A stretch of 60,082 nt of DNA, counting the filler, from Platydemus manokwari (taxonomy: Eukaryota): NCBI GenBank assembly GCA_037951405.1. It is 5 parts of 5 records of this genome, joined end to end, with 100 filler letters (N's around TTAATTAATTAA, not from the genome) between each part and the next. Parts side by side here need not be neighbours in the genome. Positions count along the whole stretch, not along the records: positions 45,697 to 60,082 come from JBBMOY011470307.1; 4 more parts are not named here. The stretch is one strand, 5' to 3'. Positions within the stretch are counted from its first letter, which is position 1. Every line of letters begins with the position of its first letter. This document shows, one piece after another, positions 53,570-60,082 of this stretch. The position numbers were made by a program, and so were the translations under genes. The notes beneath the pieces were generated by a model, which was not told where the DNA came from, did not search any database, and saw nothing but the letters and a program-made list of their open reading frames with translations.

Positions 53570-54788
53570 CAATTATAATTATGTCAAAAAGAATATTGAA
53601 CCCCTCTCCAACATTTTCGTTCAAGTTTTCTGCATATAATTTTCATTTGTTCAATAAGGATATCATTCTTGGAATTATTTGCAACTGATCCATGTTTTAT
53701 GGGATGTACCTGCTATATAACCTACAATTTTGACCAATGACCCGAAGATATTCGTAAGCAACTCAAAATTGTGTTAAGCTCAAAAGCAAGCTTATTTTGA
53801 GTTAAACGTGTCGTATGCTGTCGAGCGTTATCGTGAAAGAAACGGAACTTTTCAAAACTGTTTCCACACAAACAGCGTCTCTTTTCTCGAATCGCATCTA
53901 CGACTTTGTTCAACCAAGTGCAGTAAATTTCGGCGTTTATGTTTTATCCAAAAAAATAGTTGCGATGTGCTTTTGTGCTGTCAAACATTGACAAATTGAT
54001 GTTGTTGGTTTATCACCGGCATTGTATTAAGGTCGGTTGTGATAAGATCTATTTGCATTCTTCTAATATACCTACATCTCATCCACTGTTATGAGTTGGG
54101 ATAGAAAGTCGTTCCGTTGGAGCACGGCTAAAAAATCGCTACATGTACTTTCTCTCCTAGCTTTATTTTCATATGACAAACCTTTGGCAGCTATCTGTTT
54201 GCCAAGTACTTTTCAATTTTATGCAAGTGTCGAAGTACTGTTATGTGAGACAACGACAGCTCTCCTGCTATATTACGTGATATACCATATTTGCCATATG
54301 TCAGAAACTCTTTGATTTCTATATCATCTTTAACCAATGGTCGCTGACTTATCGCTTCAAAGTCAACAACGAAAAATTACCAACAATGAATTTTGCAATT
54401 ATTGACTGGCAGTTTCTCGAAGACACGGTAACTGTGCTAAGTATGGAGTTAATCTTCTTCTCAATTTCTGGTGGATTGATTCCATCTTTCCACAAAAAAT
54501 AGGTCAGCTTTTTCAAGTCGCTATTCTTAAACTCCATCATATGCCACAAAATAATATTTTTAAAATGATAGCTATCTAAAACAATTATTTAATTATAAGA
54601 TAGAAATTAAACATTTTAAAAAAGATTTAATAATGCACTTAAACTAAACATTTCTACATAAAACATTGAAATTTTTTTAGATTTAAATCGATTGATCCTT
54701 TGTTTATATTTCCAATTTGCATATTCTCTGTAATTGTTAAATAAATATTATTTTATATCTGATAAGACTTTCGTTCCGATCCTATATA
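53570..54788 (-). mobile_element. Decayed mariner transposon
   Basis: N-terminal HTH MEFKNSDLKKLTYFLWKDG...AKFIVGNFSL (54349-54540). First catalytic motif LITVDE (about 54078-54095). Second motif FFHDNARQH (about 53815-53842). Candidate 5' TIR TA-TAGGATCGGAACGAAAGTCTTATCAG at 54759-54786. The third Asp motif and the 3' TIR were not found. Confidence 0.88.
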
Positions 54789-54862
54789 AAGTTGTTAATA
54801 TAACTCACATTACCGTCTCACCTCTGAGAATCGAGATCTTGAGAAGACAGTGAAACTTTCAC

Positions 54863-54863
<1 letters not shown>

Positions 54864-54949
<86 letters not shown>
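54864..54949. repeat. (TAA)n microsatellite
   Basis: About 85 bp with one interruption. Confidence 0.97.
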
Positions 54950-54950
<1 letters not shown>

Positions 54951-55346
54951 TTTTATCGTCGGGTAATAATTTTTTACCCCTGTTGATGTTCTTTAATATC
55001 ACATCGACCGCAACGTATCGATTAAATTTAAATTTTTATAATTAAATTAATAATAATTATTATTTTCTTTAGTGTGTAGGTGTTGAACAATTACTATCTA
55101 CAAGGAAGTAAGTAATTTTGGATACTGATACTCGTAGGAACAAAATCGTGAATATCAATGCTTTAAGCCAATCACAAATGTTTATAATTAATACAAAACA
55201 GCATAAATATCAGATTTATCTTTAATCGATGTTTTCAAATTGAAGGATAACGTAAACATTGATTAGCAATATTAGATGCTTTAGTGTATAACGGTAAAGT
55301 TAGGTTATAATTGTAGAAAATAAATCATGTGTGGAGTCCAACAGAT

Positions 55347-56994
55347 TTAAGATGTCCAGTCATACGGAACTGAATAAACATTAGCAAATTCATCTGTTAT
55401 TTTATTATCCGATGATGCCTGATTGGTAGCTTAAAATAGAAACAGAAAATATAATTGTTATGAAATGAAATAAAGCAATACCTTGAATATTGCTAGTGAT
55501 GTTAATTTGCTGATTTAAAATGGGATTCATTTCTAATCCTCCAGCTGCTATGTTAGCAGACGTATTTTGTTGCATTAAATTGATTTCACGAAACTGAGGT
55601 TTTTTACTGTTGAAATCGTTCATTTGACCACTTCCAGTTCCAGTATATCCTCCCCCATCACGACCCGAATAATTTCCTTGTCCTCCACCACCTTCGCCCA
55701 TTAATCCACCACCTCCTGCAAAAGTTCCCCATTGATTTGCTGCACCTACATATCCAACGTTAGCACCAAACAAACTGCTAGCTCCTCTAGCTCCGTCATT
55801 TCCTTCGCCAATACCACCACCAAATCCTCCTGATCCTTCAACATAACTCATCATTCCCAATTGTGCCATATTATTTCCTCTATTCAAATTATTTGCACCG
55901 ATAGGAATTTGTTCTACATTTTTTATTGTCTGCTCCTGAGAAAAAGATTCGACGTAGCTTTCATTCATATAAGTTCCTTAAATAATAATATTATAACCTT
56001 TTTATTGTACATAATTATTTAAATTACCTGGTTGCGAAGGGGAATTTAATATCTGACTTTGAATATTTCCTTGTGAGGCGGGATTCCCAAAAAACACTTT
56101 TAAAATGATCAATACAGTTTTATTTAAAAAAATTAAAATAACTTGGTTGTGAAGGCGTGTTTATTATCTGACTTTGCATATTTCCTTGTGCAGCTGGATT
56201 CATAAAAAGCACTTGAAAAAATTATCAACATATTGATCTGATCAATAAAATTAAAATCACTTTGTTGAGGAGTGTTTATTATTTCACTATAGATATTTCT
56301 TTGTGCAACGGGATTTCCATAAAACGCTTTTAAAATTATCAATATATTTTTATTAAAAAATTTAAATCACTTGGTTGTGAAGGCGTGTTTATTATCTGGC
56401 GTTGCACATTTCCTTGTGAAGCAGGATTCCCAAAAAACACTGGATAAAAGTATACATTTATTGATTTAATAAAAATAAATTAAATCACTTGGTTGAGAAG
56501 GAGTGTTTATTATCTGACTTTGCACATTTCCAGGTAAAGCAGGATTTCCATAAATCACTTGATAAAGATATCATTATATCGATGTCATCAAAAAAATTAT
56601 ATCACTTTGTTGTGAAGGAGTGTTTATTATCTGGCTGTGAATTATTCCTTGTGAAGCAGGATTCCCAAAATACACTGGATAAAAGTATATATTTATTGAT
56701 TTCATTAAAATAATTCAAATCACTTTGTTGTGAAGGAGTGTTTATTATCTGACTTTGCATATTTCCAGGTAAAGCAGTACTTGGTTCCATGGTACTGTTC
56801 AGTATTTTTGCATCCACTGGCACAGTGGGAGTTTCATTTAAATCACTTGAGAAGGAAAAAAAGGAAGAATATCTTAATTTTAATATAAAATTCAAAAATG
56901 TTTTAAAAATATTTCCCCAAACTTACACAGTCACTGCAGCTCCGGAAATTGAAAATGTTGTCATACCAACAGATAAGGCCATTATAAAATTCAT
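55347..56994 (-). CDS. Putative secreted repeat protein (~392 aa): signal-like N-terminus, seven 22-23-aa repeats (first partial), Gly-rich domain
   Basis: Exons 56994-56927, 56845-56724, 56674-56606, 56557-56489, 56439-56371, 56326-56261, 56211-56143, 56096-56028, 55976-55482 and 55429-55347 give 1179 nt in frame with all GT-AG introns (44-52 nt, first 81 nt). Repeat consensus MFFGNPASQGNxQSQIINTPSQP. The protein ends VYSVPYDWTS*. An additional short upstream exon (MKIPN, about 57094-57109) is possible. Confidence 0.85.
56028..56790 (-). repeat. Tandem array of ~110-118-bp exon+intron units
   Basis: aatcacttKgttgtgaaggMgtgtttattatctg recurs at about 56025, 56140, 56256, 56366, 56484, 56601 and 56719. 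Confidence 0.95.
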
Positions 56995-59324
56995 AAAAAA
57001 TGTCCCTACAATTTTAAATCGAATTGAATTATTGTAGAAATTTAGAAAATAAGATATGAAGATTTCTAATCTTTTTGAATGCAAGCAAAAAACTATTAGG
57101 AATCTTCATATAAATGCAAACTCTAATGAACGACGAGCAGGTTCATAGTAATTATGTAAGATGGAATTGACTCAGATTCGGACACTGTGGTTAATATCAA
57201 TAGAGTCATGCGGTTGAAATAACGTAGTTAAGGCTACATAAATGAACTAACAGTAGTCCATTAATGACTTTTCGTGCATGTAAACATTATATTAACGTTA
57301 TAAGGGAGATTCATAAATGGAAATGTTAATGTTGCATGTATAATCTGTATGTACTTTGTTTAAAAGCATATTAATTAGTGATTAATTAACCTCCAGGCCA
57401 TGTTTACATAATCAGAATTTAGACAATGTATATAACATGGTAATCGTTGTAAATAAATTGTTCCTTATTAAAAGTCTTCTAACTAACAGACATAAATTGG
57501 ACTTGAAGTGATATTAAATGGGTATTTTTCAAGATTTTTCGAGAGAAAAATATTTTATATACATTCATTCTTTTACAACGAAACCATTATTAACTTTCAA
57601 ATATCATTAAATCCTTTTTAAAATTCTTTTTCGCATTTTTATTTTTAATATGTGAAATACGATATCGGCCAATGAGAATTACCGTATGTGGCAATTGGAT
57701 TGATATTAGAAATTGGTGATGCTGGAAAAAAAATTATATTGGCACATAAAATGTTATTATAGCAACTAACGACAATATGTTATGTTGCAGAATCCAAAGT
57801 TTTGACCTAGACTTCTACTCAAAGTTGACGACGGGCTGACATAACAGTATGGCTGATTAGTGTAGGCTGGATCGCTGGTTGCAACTCTAAGTCGTATAGT
57901 TGGGTTAAAAATTTGAATTCATCAAATTTGAAAATTTGAAATATCCTCATGTTAAATATCTGTTGAGGCTGGATATTGAAAATTGTAATTATAATTACAA
58001 AGCTACGCTTAAAAATATATTGCGATCCTATTGGGAATCACATTCAAAGAGTGAGGTCAATCCACAATTAAAAACTCACAATTAAATATTCAGCACCGAA
58101 AAGATAAAATATCGACACAATCCAGATAGGTATGAAGATACCGACTTCGAAATACTGAAAATTATTTACTATATTCAACTTCTTTTATAGAATTGCTGTG
58201 TGTGATCACCTGCTATCTCGTGGCTTTACTTTTTTGCCAAAATCATCTTCTAAATCACAGACAATTAGCTTATTTTGATATTTGTTACCATTTGTTGATT
58301 TGCGTCAATTGATGATCAAATTTATTTTATCAACTGATATTTTTTAAGACGTCTGAGCGGCTATTGGGACTTGCGCTCATCAAATCTTTGTGTTATGCTG
58401 ATGTCTTCCCGTAATTCTCTTATTTAATTTGTTTTACTGAACAATCATAAGTAATACTTATGAGTAGCTGAGGATGAAGATATATCTTATTATATGCAAA
58501 TGATAATAATAAACAGTAGTTACATGGGGAATTTTACTAAAAAATCCGTCACATGTGTAAATACCCAAAATCTCATTTATAAGGTAAAAGTTTTATATAA
58601 ATTATTCGTTTAAGAATTCTTTTTTAAATAGTCTAGGAGACTATCAAGTTTTATATAAAAATTGAAAATTTAGTTGCTAAATTGTCGACTGAGGATTTTG
58701 CAAATTTTATCCTTAAGTAAACTACGTTGCGTATCAATCCATGTATTGATATTTAAATAGGTATTCTAAATAAATTTTTAAATAGTTTTAAAATTCATTG
58801 ATTTATTTGAGAATTAAAGACCTGCAACTTCTTATATTTGTATTAACTTGTGATTCCTTTGATTCTGTTAGCGACAATAAATCTTTTGAAATCTAATAAT
58901 CATTACAATTAAAACTTGTGTTTTCACTTAACATTAGCGATCTGAAATTATTAGTATCTATTTATGATTTAATTATTCCAAAAATAACTCCTCTTCAACT
59001 ATTTCATACTTCAATCATCTATGATATATTAATATTAGTCTGTCTAGTTTAAGATTTGTCAGTCAATTTTATCTTATTATTTGTATTGTTAATATTTCAA
59101 CCAATAATTTTAAAGACAACTGGAAAAAGTCGATTTTATCGTGTAATTTACACATTTAAGTCAGTTCTTTGGTTAACGATCATTATTTTTTTATTTAATT
59201 ATTTAATATTAAAGCGAGTATTCAACATCGAGATTATAAACTAAAAGTGGTAAATATCGAATAAATCATCTTTACCACTTTTAGCATAGACACTAATTAG
59301 CTGCTGTTTGTTCGTTAAAATTCT

Positions 59325-59907
59325 GGGTCAAAGTTAAGAGAAAGAGTCCTAAAATAAAAATTTTAATATGTTGAGTGTATTACATAAATCTATATAGTTT
59401 ATTCAATTACATTATTTAAAAACATTTTGAATTTTTTATTGAAGTACTTAAGAAGAATATTAGTTGTTTGATGTCAAATAATTAATTCAATAGAGCTGCA
59501 AAATTTGATTATTTGAAAAAGGGATTAAAGTATATCGTAGTGGAATTTATTGAAAAATAGCGAGGACCTCTTTTATAAAATTAGATGCAAATTGAGAGAC
59601 ATTTAAAATTTTTACAATTATTTTTTAAAAATAAGCAATGATATCATTAAACATGTCTGTAATTTATAATTTAAAAAATTTAAATTTAAAAACTCAAATA
59701 ATCGTATAGAATTGTTGTGATTAGAATAGGAACTCGGTTTAAAACTATGTTTTGTCCATGTAAGACATCCTGAAAAGTGAGATATTAACTGAAATATACG
59801 AATAAATCAAACATCGTAATTATATATAAAATTAAGTTATAAAATTATTTCTTGCGCGAATATTTATTATTAAAGTAGGTCAAAGTACCCCTTTTCTTAA
59901 CTTGGTT
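59325..59907 (-). mobile_element. MITE family A, copy 3 (inverted)
   Basis: The interior is the reverse complement of copies 1 and 2 (aaaactcaaataatcgtatagaattgttgtga; aaataagcaatgatatcattaaaca). TIRs gggtcaaagttaagagaaagagtc and accccttttcttaacttgg. Confidence 0.8.
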
Positions 59908-60082
59908 CGAATTCTCCATTTATTAAATTACAAAATTAAGCCAAAAACTGTATTTATTATAACGAGATAATATTTATTCGAGTTTGATCACATTCTTTTT
60001 AAAAATACCGGTATGAAATGAGCGTTTTTTTGTTAAAATGAAACACTAATTTTGAATGGAAAAGTAAAAAACATTTATTCAA

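Noticed and set aside
55405-55481. Hydrophobic C-terminus IALFHFITIIFSVSIL suggesting a TM or GPI anchor
   Set aside because: It coincides with a 52-nt GT-AG intron (55430-55481). Splicing gives an open terminal exon. Intron retention as an anchored isoform cannot be excluded but is unsupported.
56028-56790. Regularly spaced repeats with variable spacers, superficially CRISPR-like
   Set aside because: The repeats are 66-69-nt in-frame exons and the spacers are mutually related GT-AG introns. The context is eukaryotic and no cas genes are present.

Overview
A very AT-rich animal genomic window with spliceosomal introns of about 41-60 nt. It is a scaffold with four 100-bp gaps, each carrying an artificial TTAATTAATTAA linker. 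Intron size, base composition and transposon content are compatible with a free-living flatworm such as a planarian; this is inference only. By manual splicing I can support four minus-strand host genes. (1) The 3' part of a CUB-like/LDLa/transmembrane receptor with a 16-Cys cytoplasmic tail (7200-9165). (2) A highly divergent 3-exon alpha-tubulin of 508 aa (15971-19563), in which the catalytic GAP glutamate (canonical E254) is Gln and the acidic tail is about 72 aa with no terminal Tyr. (3) An 11-exon, 456-aa coiled-coil gene with TACC-like motifs directly upstream of the tubulin (20136-23589). (4) A putatively secreted 392-aa protein built from a tandem array of duplicated exon+intron units followed by a Gly-rich domain (55347-56994). 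A fifth, weaker gene model lies at about 46.9-48.8 kb. The rest is transposon debris: a near full-length decayed NeSL-like RT/RLE non-LTR element with apparently two Ulp1-like protease domains, gag zinc-knuckle remnants, a mariner relic, three copies of one ~590-bp MITE, other fragments and microsatellites. No rRNA, tRNA or CRISPR array was recognised. All gene models are hand-spliced and have no transcript or database support.
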